Below, piece after piece: positions 55,929 to 64,000 of a DNA stretch of 64,000 nt. Source of the stretch: Capsulimonadaceae bacterium (GTDB lineage: Bacteria; Armatimonadota; Armatimonadia; Armatimonadales; Capsulimonadaceae); assembly GCA_965215505.1 (NCBI GenBank), contig OZ244065.1, positions 5,184,001 through 5,248,000 on the forward strand. Reading direction: 5' to 3'. How positions within the stretch are numbered: position 1 is the stretch's first letter; every line of letters begins with the position of its first letter. The notes under the pieces were generated by a model. That model worked only from the letters and a program-made list of their open reading frames with translations. It did not search any database and had not been told where the DNA came from. A program made the translations under genes and the position numbers.

Positions 55929-56780
55929 TCATCCTTTCGGGTGTATCGTCAAAACCGTCACTTCCGGCGGGCAGCAGAAGCGCATCTGCGGTCCCATCAT
56001 CCCGACGCCGCGCGTGGTGTAGACGGGGTGGTGCCTGGCCTGATTCAAGCCTTCCGGGTACTTGCGCCCGAACTCCGGATAGTGGGCCGCCACGCCGGGC
56101 AGGCGGATCTGGCCGCCGTGCGAGTGGCCGGAAAGCTGCAAGGCGAAGCCGGGCGGTGCCATGTCGGCGTAATCCGGCTCGTGCATCAGAAAAAGCTTGA
56201 CGGCATCGGCGGGGACGCCCGCCATCGCCTGGAAAGGCTTCTCGGCCCGCGCGCTGCACGAGTCCACCCCGACCAGCCACGCGCCCGGCACGCCCGGCAG
56301 GGGAACAGACCCATTCCGCAGGACCGTGAACCCGACCCGCCGCAGTTCCTGCGTGACCTCCTCCGGCCCGGCCCAGTCGTGGTTGCCCAGGACGGCGAAG
56401 ACGCCATGCCTGACTGCGGCCAGCGGTGCCAGCGCGTCCGCACACGCGGCGGCCCAGACGACCCCGTGCCGGTCCGAGATGTAGTCGCCGGTCAGAAAGA
56501 CCACGTCCGGCTTCTGTGCCAGCAGCAGGCGCGCGGCACGGTCGGCACGGGCGACGGCGGCCTCGCTCTGGCAGTGCAGGTCACTGAGCTGGCCGATCCG
56601 AAGGCCCGCCGCCGCTTTAGGCCAGCCGGCGAGGGAAACCGCCTGATGCACGATCTGCGGGTGGTCCGGCTCCCAGTCGGAGGCGTAGACGCCCGGCCCC
56701 AGCACGGCGACCGCGCCGACGGCCGCCGTCTTCAGGAACCGACGCCGGGAGGGGGAAAACGGTTTGCTTGGTCTTCTCAT
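55929..56780 (-). CDS. Metallophosphoesterase with Tat-like signal
   Basis: SRRRFLK; SDLH, TGDY, GNHD, HEPD, SGHSHGGQ. Confidence 0.9.
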   Translation of the reverse strand: MRRPSKPFSPSRRRFLKTAAVGAVAVLGPGVYASDWEPDHPQIVHQAVSLAGWPKAAAGLRIGQLSDLHCQSEAAVARADRAARLLLAQKPDVVFLTGDYISDRHGVVWAAACADALAPLAAVRHGVFAVLGNHDWAGPEEVTQELRRVGFTVLRNGSVPLPGVPGAWLVGVDSCSARAEKPFQAMAGVPADAVKLFLMHEPDYADMAPPGFALQLSGHSHGGQIRLPGVAAHYPEFGRKYPEGLNQARHHPVYTTRGVGMMGPQMRFCCPPEVTVLTIHPKG

Positions 56781-58069
56781 GGGCTGGGGGCTACGCCTTC
56801 CGCGCCCAACGGCGGGACCGGGGCGATCACTTCCATCATCTCCCGCCGCCGGGCCAGCGCGAATACGAAGCAGAGGCTCATCACCAGGCCCGCGCACCAG
56901 TACGGCGCGGCCATTCCGACGTGCTTGTACAGGTAGCCCGCCGTGGCCGGGCCGGTCGCGCGGGCGAGGCTGTCGAACGAGGCAGACAAGCCCAGGGCCG
57001 CCCCCTGGGCGGTCGCCCGGCGTGAGATCAGGGACCGGATGCAGGGCGCGTTCAGCCCGTTGCCGATGGAGATCGGGAGCATCGGCCCGATCAGCAGGAG
57101 GGAGAGGACCGGGGCGAACGGGAACGCCAGAAAGCCGAGCGCCATCAGGCCGATGCCGGCGACCACCAGCGTCGGCTCGCCGAAGCGTTTCACCAGCCGC
57201 CGAATGAGAAAACCCTGGATGACGACGATCAGGATGCCGACGTAGGCGAAAACGTAGCCCGCGACGGCGATGCTGTCGGCATACTGGAAGTGCTGTTTCA
57301 GGTAGGCCGTGAACGTCCCCTCCAAGTTGGCGAAGGCGAACGTCACCGCGAACGTCAGCAGATACAAGAACCCGATCGGCCCGCGCACCGCCTGCGTCAT
57401 CAGGCCCAGCCGGGACGTCAGCGATGCCGACGGGCTTCCCGCCGCTTGGGGCGCGCGCTCCGGCTCGGGCAAATAGCGCGCGATGTAGGCCATGTTCGCC
57501 AGGGCCAGCAGTGCCGAGAGATACAGCGGCCAGGCCAAATGGTGTGAGCCGATCAGCCCGCCGACGGCGGGGCCGATGACGAACCCGAACCCGAAGGCCG
57601 CGCCGATGTAGCCCAGGCCCATCGCCCGCAGATGCGGCGGCGTGATGTCGGCGGCATACGCCTGGGCGACGGCCAGTGACGCCGAGGAGAAGATGCCCGC
57701 CAGTATCCGGGCCGCGAACTGCCCGTAAATGCTGTGCGTGGACAGGCCGAAGAGCGTGTAAAAGACGGCGTCCCCGACCAGCGACCCGATCAGGATCGGC
57801 TTGCGGCCCACGCGGTCCGAGAGCCGCCCCCAGAAGGGCGCGAACAGGAACTGCATCAGGGCGTAGCTCGCGCCGAGCCAGCCGCCGTACTCGCCGATGC
57901 GCCGGTCCTGTGGATCCGCGAGGTGCATGCCGCCCTGCACATAGTCGGGGATCAGCGGGATGATGACGCTGAAGCCCAGCACGTTGATCATGACCGCCAG
58001 GGCGAGCAGGGCCAGCATGATGTGCATCCGGCGGTCTTCAGGACTGAGCGCCTTCTTGGGTTCGGCCAT
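56777..58069 (-). CDS. MFS transporter (TetA/DHA1-like)
   Basis: YALMQFLFAPFWGRLSDRVGRKP, AYAADIT, GFVIGPAVGG. Confidence 0.9.
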   Translation of the reverse strand: MAEPKKALSPEDRRMHIMLALLALAVMINVLGFSVIIPLIPDYVQGGMHLADPQDRRIGEYGGWLGASYALMQFLFAPFWGRLSDRVGRKPILIGSLVGDAVFYTLFGLSTHSIYGQFAARILAGIFSSASLAVAQAYAADITPPHLRAMGLGYIGAAFGFGFVIGPAVGGLIGSHHLAWPLYLSALLALANMAYIARYLPEPERAPQAAGSPSASLTSRLGLMTQAVRGPIGFLYLLTFAVTFAFANLEGTFTAYLKQHFQYADSIAVAGYVFAYVGILIVVIQGFLIRRLVKRFGEPTLVVAGIGLMALGFLAFPFAPVLSLLLIGPMLPISIGNGLNAPCIRSLISRRATAQGAALGLSASFDSLARATGPATAGYLYKHVGMAAPYWCAGLVMSLCFVFALARRREMMEVIAPVPPLGAEGVAPSP

Positions 58070-58227
58070 CTAAAATCTAACTCTCCGTCGAAGATCGTGG
58101 GGCTGTGGTTCCCGTTAGTATACCCCAGACCGGCCTCCAGGAAAGAAGGAGTTGGGAACTGCCGCGTGGAACGTATGCCTGCTCTCTTCATCATGGCTTT
58201 ATTACGGCTTCATTTCGGAGGCGACAC

Positions 58228-59091
58228 ATGGCACAGGCTGACACGCCCGCAGGCGATCCGGGCGACGAGGAAGTACGGTATGATCTCGCAGGCAACCCCC
58301 TGCCGCCGAGGCCGAAGGCCGCCCCCGCCCCTCCGAGCGCCCCGCCGCCCGGCGGGTTCCTTGCCAGCCCTGCCTTCGCGCCGCCGCCCGCCTTCACCCC
58401 GCCTCCAGGATTTACGCCGCCGCCCGGCGCGGTTTCCCTGGCGCGTCCTGCGCCCGCCGCCCGGTCCGCGCCCGCCGGGCCTGCCCTCTACGGCGGGCTG
58501 GCGCTCACCGCCCTCGTCCTGTTCGGCCTCATCTTCGTCGTCCGCGCCCTGCGCCCCGTCACCGTGGCCGCGCCGACCGCCTACCGCACCTACACCGCCA
58601 TTGACAACACCTTCTCCTGCGACCGCCCCGTCGGCTGGACGATGCACGAAACCGGGGCCACGAGCGGTGCCGAGTCAACGGTGTCATTCGACAAGGGCCG
58701 GGTGCGCGTCCGCGTCATCTCCGACGCGGTCGGCTCGCTGATGGCGGACACCATGACCAGCAGCAGCGCCTCCCTGGAGTCGCTCCCCGGCATGCCCCCG
58801 CCGCCCCCGCCCATACCCCCCGTGGAGAAGCTGCACGCGATGGACAAGGCGCAGCTCGCCGCCGATCTGCCGGGCTACAAGGAGGGCGCGATGCAGAAGC
58901 TGGAGTCGCGCGTCGGCGACGCCCGCGTGTCCGAGTGGACCTCGGACGACAAGAAGCACGGCTACCGGGTGACCATGCTGGGCAGCCAGCGCGAGATGAC
59001 CGTCATCTGCATCGCGCCGGAGCGCGACTGGGCTGCCCTCAAGCCCGCCTTCCAGCGCATGATCGCGAGCGTCGCTCCGGGCAATGGGTGA
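58228..59091 (+). CDS. Proline-rich membrane-anchored hypothetical protein
   Basis: ggagg RBS, YDLAGNP motif, single TM, soluble C-terminal domain. Confidence 0.65.
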   Translation: MAQADTPAGDPGDEEVRYDLAGNPLPPRPKAAPAPPSAPPPGGFLASPAFAPPPAFTPPPGFTPPPGAVSLARPAPAARSAPAGPALYGGLALTALVLFGLIFVVRALRPVTVAAPTAYRTYTAIDNTFSCDRPVGWTMHETGATSGAESTVSFDKGRVRVRVISDAVGSLMADTMTSSSASLESLPGMPPPPPPIPPVEKLHAMDKAQLAADLPGYKEGAMQKLESRVGDARVSEWTSDDKKHGYRVTMLGSQREMTVICIAPERDWAALKPAFQRMIASVAPGNG

Positions 59092-59106
59092 GGCGAGATC
59101 AAACAC

Positions 59107-59607
59107 ATGAAAACCTACGGCGTCAACTGGTTCCTGGTCTGGATGGGCTTGCTGATCTTATTCTGTCCGATCTACCTTTGGGCCGAGAACGTCCTGCTGC
59201 TACCCTGGCCCCATTTTGTGGCCCGCTCACAGCCGCCTATTCTCGTGCAGGCGCTCGGTCAATCCATCTGCTGGTCTATCTTCTATTACTACATCTACGG
59301 CAAAACCCTCGCAGACCCGAAGGCAGTCGAACGAGTGCGGCAGAGCTTTCAGCGGAGTGCGGCTGCTCGTTACCGCCGTCACCGCTGGGTCCTGACATGG
59401 GCAGTCATATTCGCACTGACCGGCATCACATCAGCCATCAGCAGGCTGATCTTCGGCCTGCCTTCCTGGTTGCAGGTGGTCGGTTATAGTCTGTTCGTGC
59501 CTTGCAGTTGTCTGGCGGCCGTGTGGTTGATAGACGAGGCGGCAAAGAGGGGGCAACTGGCGCAGCTTATGAAAGACGTGCAGGACGGGAGTAGAACGAG
59601 TGATTGA
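59107..59607 (+). CDS. Hypothetical four-TM membrane protein
   Basis: Hydrophobic segments; AT-richer; stop codon lies inside the REPIN arm. Confidence 0.55.
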   Translation: MKTYGVNWFLVWMGLLILFCPIYLWAENVLLLPWPHFVARSQPPILVQALGQSICWSIFYYYIYGKTLADPKAVERVRQSFQRSAAARYRRHRWVLTWAVIFALTGITSAISRLIFGLPSWLQVVGYSLFVPCSCLAAVWLIDEAAKRGQLAQLMKDVQDGSRTSD

Positions 59608-59724
59608 AATCACTCGCTACCGCCGGACCTGTCCAGAGGACAGAAGACAGGACATCTTGACGGCCTCTGCCGTTCTCGCGTCCCCTGGACGCTTCCAACC
59701 GCAGCGAGTGAATTCATTCACTCG
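59597..59724. repeat. REPIN-like composite palindrome family A, copy 3
   Basis: Left arm cgagtgattgaaatcactcgctac is the exact reverse complement of 22710-22733; similarity extends about 49 nt; right arm gcagcgagtgaattcattcactcg. Confidence 0.82.
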
Positions 59725-59794
59725 TCTCACCCCTGCCCTCTCCATCTCGGCGTGCCGGTGCCAAACGTAACTCGATACAAGAGGCCATCATCCC

Positions 59795-61012
59795 ATGTTC
59801 TTCGTACTCCCATTCCGCGCGAAAAACCCGTCCCCCACCTTCCCTTATGTGACGGTCAGCCTGATCGTCCTGAACACGCTCATCTTCGCCCTCACCTGCA
59901 ATGGACACCTCCAAGTGCGTGAATCCGTCGTCCAGCGGTTCGCGTTCACGCACATGAGCTTCAGCCCGCTGACCCTGCTGACGGCCATGTTCCTGCACGG
60001 CTCGCCCCTGCACCTGATCGGCAACATGCTGTTCCTGTGGATCTTCGGCTCGGCCACCGAAGGGCGGCTCCGGCCCCTGCGGTTCATCGCCGTCTACCTG
60101 TTCACCGGCATCGTCGGCGACCTGCTCAGTGACTTCCTCATGGGGCTGGTCAACCCGGACACCTACAACCTGGGCGCGTCCGGCGCGATCATGGGGCTGG
60201 CGGGGGCCTACCTCTACCTGTTCCCCTACGCCCCCATCCGGCTGGTCTGGTTCATGTGGTTCTTCCTGCTGCCGCGCATAGGAATCACGCAGTGGCAGGC
60301 GCGCTGGGTCATCCTCTACTTCCTCGGGTGGGATGTCTTCAACGGCATCCTCATGGGCGGCGGGGACGGGGTGGGGCACTTCGCACACATCGGCGGGGCG
60401 GCGGCGGGGTTCCTCGCCGTCTGGCTGCTGCGGATGCCGCGCGACGGCGAGGACGTGGCCGAGGTGCAGGCGACGCTCTCGGACCTGCGCGACGTGACGC
60501 TATTGCCCTTGCACGACCTGGAAGCTCTGATGCAGCGGCCCACGACCGACGTCCGGCTCATCATGGCCTACTGCCGCCAGTCCCTGATCGCGCCCATCGG
60601 GGCGAGCGAGGCGAAATGCCTGTGGGCCTTGCGCCAGTATGGCAGCCTCCTGATCGAGCAGGCCGAACCGGGCGTTCTGGCCGGCATGGTGGCACACCTT
60701 TCGCTGCCGACATCCCAGCAGATCCCGCCGATGTTATTCCTGCGGCTCGGCTCGCAGCTGGAGCGGGTGGGGGAATACGACGGCGCGGTACGGCTCTACT
60801 ACCGGATGTGCGAGGTCTTCCCCACCTCCCCGGACACCGAGATGGCCTACCTGCGCGTGGCCCGGATCATGGAGCAGACCTACGGCGACCGCGCCCAGGC
60901 CCGTTTCTGCTACGCCAAGATGCTGGAACTCTTCCCCAAAGGGGCCATGTGCCTGGAAGCCGAAGGCGGCCTGCGCCGCCTGCCCGCACCCCGGCCCACG
61001 CCGACCAACTGA
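59795..61012 (+). CDS. Rhomboid intramembrane protease with C-terminal TPR-like region
   Basis: MFLHGS..HLIGNM, GASGAI, AHIGG. Confidence 0.9.
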   Translation: MFFVLPFRAKNPSPTFPYVTVSLIVLNTLIFALTCNGHLQVRESVVQRFAFTHMSFSPLTLLTAMFLHGSPLHLIGNMLFLWIFGSATEGRLRPLRFIAVYLFTGIVGDLLSDFLMGLVNPDTYNLGASGAIMGLAGAYLYLFPYAPIRLVWFMWFFLLPRIGITQWQARWVILYFLGWDVFNGILMGGGDGVGHFAHIGGAAAGFLAVWLLRMPRDGEDVAEVQATLSDLRDVTLLPLHDLEALMQRPTTDVRLIMAYCRQSLIAPIGASEAKCLWALRQYGSLLIEQAEPGVLAGMVAHLSLPTSQQIPPMLFLRLGSQLERVGEYDGAVRLYYRMCEVFPTSPDTEMAYLRVARIMEQTYGDRAQARFCYAKMLELFPKGAMCLEAEGGLRRLPAPRPTPTN

Positions 61013-61110
61013 TAAGAGAAACGACAGGAAGCCAGGGGCAAGCCCTAGCCCGCCCTCCTTCCTACTCCTCCCGGTTCTTGCCCACCCCCTTTTTCGCCGC
61101 CGCCCGCCGA

Positions 61111-61140
61111 TTGACAAACGCTAAATGTTGCCGGTATAAT
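61111..61140 (+). promoter_or_regulatory. sigma70 promoter of tRNA pair
   Basis: TTGACA-18 nt-TATAAT. Confidence 0.85.
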
Positions 61141-61170
61141 ACGCTGAGAGCCGGGATGCTCCCGAAGGGT

Positions 61171-61243
61171 GGGGTTGTAGCTCAGTGGATAGAGCGAGGG
61201 ACTCCTAAGCCTTAGGCCGCTGGTTCGATCCCAGTCAACCCCA
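61171..61243 (+). tRNA. tRNA-Arg (anticodon CCT), CCA not encoded
   Basis: GGGGTTG acceptor stem, CT-CCT-AA loop, GGTTCGATCCC T arm. Confidence 0.88.
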
Positions 61244-61276
61244 TTCCCGCCCGTTACGCGGTCTAATACAGGATAC

Positions 61277-61367
<91 letters not shown>

Positions 61368-61377
61368 TCGTCGAAAC

Positions 61378-61412
61378 AGAAGACGCCCCGCCATCCGGCG
61401 GGGCGTCTTTTT
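61378..61412. terminator. Terminator after tRNAs
   Basis: aagacgccccgcc-atcc-ggcggggcgtcttttt. Confidence 0.85.
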
Positions 61413-61432
61413 GCTAGCTGTCCTGCGCCGCC

Positions 61433-62380
61433 TCACAAATCCATCCGTGTCAGCGGCTTCTCCAAAATGTCCACCGACTGCGCCTCGCGGCGCGTCTCCT
61501 GGCCGTTCAGGTAGGTAACCTGGTAAGTGACGCGCTGGGAGCCGGCCTGGGCGGCGGGGGCACCGGGGTGGACCTTCTCCGTTGTTACCAGCGTCTTGCG
61601 GACGCGCACGGTCAGTAGGAGCGGCATCCTCTGGACGTTCAGGACGTCACCGGGCTTCAGCCGGTCCAGGTTCTTGTTCGGGTTCGCCGTGATCAGATCG
61701 GAGTAGGAGATGTGGTTGCGGTGGGCGATCCGGGAGCCGAGGTCGCCGCGCCGGACGGTGTAAGACTTTGTCGGCGGCGGCGTCCAGAAGTAGGGTGCGG
61801 CCTCTTCCGGCGTCTGCCGCGTCTGCCGGGTGTCCACGGCGCGTCGGGCGATGTCTATGGGTTCGAGTATCTCAGGCTGGCCTGTCACGGGCTGCTCGGG
61901 CGGGGCCTGCGCCCAGTGGTCTTTGACCAGACGCAGGGTTTCCGTGGCCGCGTCCGCCGTTGGCAGGGCGAGGGAGGGGTGGCCCCGCACCAGGATGACG
62001 AAGGCACGGACGTGGAGCGTCAGACTCTGCGCCAGGCGAGCCTGGACGACCGCGTCCGGGTCTTGGGGGGTATTGGGTTCGGCGGGGAGGAAGTGGACTT
62101 TCTGCATCCGCACCGGCTCCTCCCCGGCGAAGGCCGTGCCGACCTTGGCCTGCTCGGCGGCGGCAATCAGGGAGTTCGCCGTGGCGACGTTGCGGACGGT
62201 GCCGACTGGCCTCCCGCCCACCACGATGGTAACGGGCTGGCCCAGGTGGCGGAGCAGAAAGAAGCCGCCCACGCCAATGGCGAGGGCGGCGGCCAGAAGC
62301 GCCGCCAGCAGCTTGAAGAGCCGGAGCTGGCGGGCGAGCGTGTCAGGGGCGGGCGTTTGCGTCGGCGTGTGGATAGACAT
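61433..62380 (-). CDS. Membrane-anchored LysM + G5-like domain protein
   Basis: YTVRRGD...IA...L..ANP...LKPGDVLNV; C-terminal G.QRVTYQVTYLNGQE. Confidence 0.8.
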   Translation of the reverse strand: MSIHTPTQTPAPDTLARQLRLFKLLAALLAAALAIGVGGFFLLRHLGQPVTIVVGGRPVGTVRNVATANSLIAAAEQAKVGTAFAGEEPVRMQKVHFLPAEPNTPQDPDAVVQARLAQSLTLHVRAFVILVRGHPSLALPTADAATETLRLVKDHWAQAPPEQPVTGQPEILEPIDIARRAVDTRQTRQTPEEAAPYFWTPPPTKSYTVRRGDLGSRIAHRNHISYSDLITANPNKNLDRLKPGDVLNVQRMPLLLTVRVRKTLVTTEKVHPGAPAAQAGSQRVTYQVTYLNGQETRREAQSVDILEKPLTRMDL

Positions 62381-62392
62381 GTTGCCCAGCCG

Positions 62393-63730
62393 TCACCAGG
62401 CACGCGCCCTGGCGACCTGCAATTGCTGTTTCATCTGGGCAAGCCCCGTCTGGAGCTGCGTGTCGTACTGCACGTCATAGAGCGCGTCCGGGTGAGTCCG
62501 GTAGTAGGCGGCTTCCTTGCGCTGGTTGTCGTCGGGGATCGCCACCTTGATGTCCGGCTCGATGCCCTTGTGGTTGATGTCGTTCTTGTGGGCCGTGTAA
62601 TAGTGCTGCGTCGTGATCTTCACCGCAGAGCCGTCCGGCAGGGACAGGATGGACTGGACCACCCCCTTGCCAAAGGTCTTCTCGCCCACTAGGGTGCCCG
62701 AGCCGGTGTCCTTAATCGCGCCCGAGACGATCTCCGCCGCGCTGGCGCTGTCGCCGTTCACCAGGACGACGAGCGGGAGCCGGTGCGGGGAGTGCTGGCT
62801 CGGGTCGGCGTCCAGATGCTCCATCGTCTCCATCGACTCCGACTTGTCCTTCATCCACAGGACGGGGCCGTCGGGGATGAAGCGGCTGGCGATCTTCTGG
62901 GCGATGTCCAGCAGGCCGCCGGGGTTCTCGCGCAGGTCGAAGACCAGCCCGCGCATCCCCTTCGATTCGAGGTCCTGGAGCGCCGCGCCCACCTGGACGT
63001 CGCTCTCCTCGTTGAAGACGGACAGCTTGATGTAGCCGATCTTGCGGACCGGGTCGATCATGGCGTGTTCCACGACCTCCTGATGCACCGTCGCCCGGAT
63101 CATGCTGATCACGAGCGGGTGGGCGACGCCCTTCCGCAGCAGCGTCAGGGTGACGCGCGTGTCTTCCGGCCCGCGAATTAGCTTGACGACATCTGAGTCC
63201 GTCATGCCCAAGGTGGACTTACCGTTGACCTTCAGGATGATGTCGCCCGCCATGACCTTCGCCTTGATGGCCGGGCCGCCCGGCAGGGGCTTGACGATGT
63301 ACACCTGCTGCGACTTGTTCGGGCCGAGGAGCGCGCCGATGCCCACGAACTGGCCTAGATTATCCTCCTCCATGGTCTTGTAGGTCTTCGGGTCCATGAA
63401 GGTGGTGTAGCGGTCGTGGACCGCGCCGACCATGCCCCGGATGCCGTTGTAGGTCATCTGGGTCGTGTCGATATCCTTGCCGTAGTAGCTCGCCTTGAGC
63501 GTCGCCAGCACGTCGGCGTAGGTCTGGTACGGCGTGTAGTCTTCTCCTTGACCGTGCGCGGCCGTCATGACCGCCTCGGAGAGCCGCTGCGGGACCAGGT
63601 CAACCGCCGTCGCCAGCGTGTTCATGTCGTGAATGCCGTGCAGATCGTGGATCGAAACGCCGCCGACAAAGGCGACGCCCAAGAGTGCCGTGGTGCCGGC
63701 CGCCCGCCCGAGAAATCGTCCGATTCGCAT
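62393..63730 (-). CDS. S41 family C-terminal processing protease
   Basis: DRYT, FVGIG PDZ, DLRENPGGLL, SASAAEIVSGA, GEKTFGKGVVQ. Confidence 0.92.
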   Translation of the reverse strand: MRIGRFLGRAAGTTALLGVAFVGGVSIHDLHGIHDMNTLATAVDLVPQRLSEAVMTAAHGQGEDYTPYQTYADVLATLKASYYGKDIDTTQMTYNGIRGMVGAVHDRYTTFMDPKTYKTMEEDNLGQFVGIGALLGPNKSQQVYIVKPLPGGPAIKAKVMAGDIILKVNGKSTLGMTDSDVVKLIRGPEDTRVTLTLLRKGVAHPLVISMIRATVHQEVVEHAMIDPVRKIGYIKLSVFNEESDVQVGAALQDLESKGMRGLVFDLRENPGGLLDIAQKIASRFIPDGPVLWMKDKSESMETMEHLDADPSQHSPHRLPLVVLVNGDSASAAEIVSGAIKDTGSGTLVGEKTFGKGVVQSILSLPDGSAVKITTQHYYTAHKNDINHKGIEPDIKVAIPDDNQRKEAAYYRTHPDALYDVQYDTQLQTGLAQMKQQLQVARARAW

Positions 63731-63765
63731 GAGTGCTTCCTATCTTGAAAGATGTCTCGAAAAGC

Positions 63766-64000
63766 CTAACTCCGAGTGGACGGGAGGCCCGCGACGCGCC
63801 CAGAGAGGACGCCGACGGCCCGGTTCAGCGGCTCGTCGCCCGCCGTGTCGGGGACCAGGACGTCCGGCTTCAGCCCGACCCCGCCGCCGAACTGGCCGCG
63901 CGTCACGGTCAGCAGCTTGCCCACGGTCATGGTGAAGCCCGACCCGTCGCGCAGGGTGATCAGCTTGACATCGCCCGCGTCGCCGAAGGTCTTGCCGCCG
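63766..64000 (-). CDS. C-terminal fragment of a second S41-like protease (truncated by window edge)
   Basis: GGKTFGDAGDVKLITLRDGSGFTMTVGKLLT...GVGLKPDV aligns with the S41 C-terminus. Confidence 0.75.
   Translation of the reverse strand, partial: GGKTFGDAGDVKLITLRDGSGFTMTVGKLLTVTRGQFGGGVGLKPDVLVPDTAGDEPLNRAVGVLSGRVAGLPSTRS

Overview
High-GC bacterial chromosome segment; Armatimonadota-like is a tentative impression from gene content, not tested. The backbone is housekeeping: rpiA, accD-accA-hisS, xerD, deoB, atp(I)BEFHA (gamma/beta/epsilon absent), fhs, several peptidases, S41 proteases and four tRNAs (Val-CAC, Leu-GAG, Arg-CCT, Ser-CGA). Small, visibly AT-richer conflict cassettes sit between the core genes. 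(1) A three-gene ABC-three-component/Lamassu-type system with an HNH effector, bounded by tRNA-Val and a degenerate copy of its 3' end. (2) A ~1330-aa SMEK-TPR-GreA/B-C-like-PIN protein. (3) A VapBC-type pair whose toxin is split by an intact-looking IS630. (4) A HEXXH gene plus small partner between xerD and deoB. (5) An RHH plus two-TM pair. (6) An orphan antitoxin-like small ORF missing from the ORF track. (7) A DUF4375-like/ACP-like cassette bracketed by a synonymously diverged duplicate of the 3' end of an M14 peptidase gene. Three related REPIN-like palindromic elements and two copies of a second REP are also present. No CRISPR array, rRNA or prophage was seen. All family calls come from motif recognition by eye; no database searches were run.
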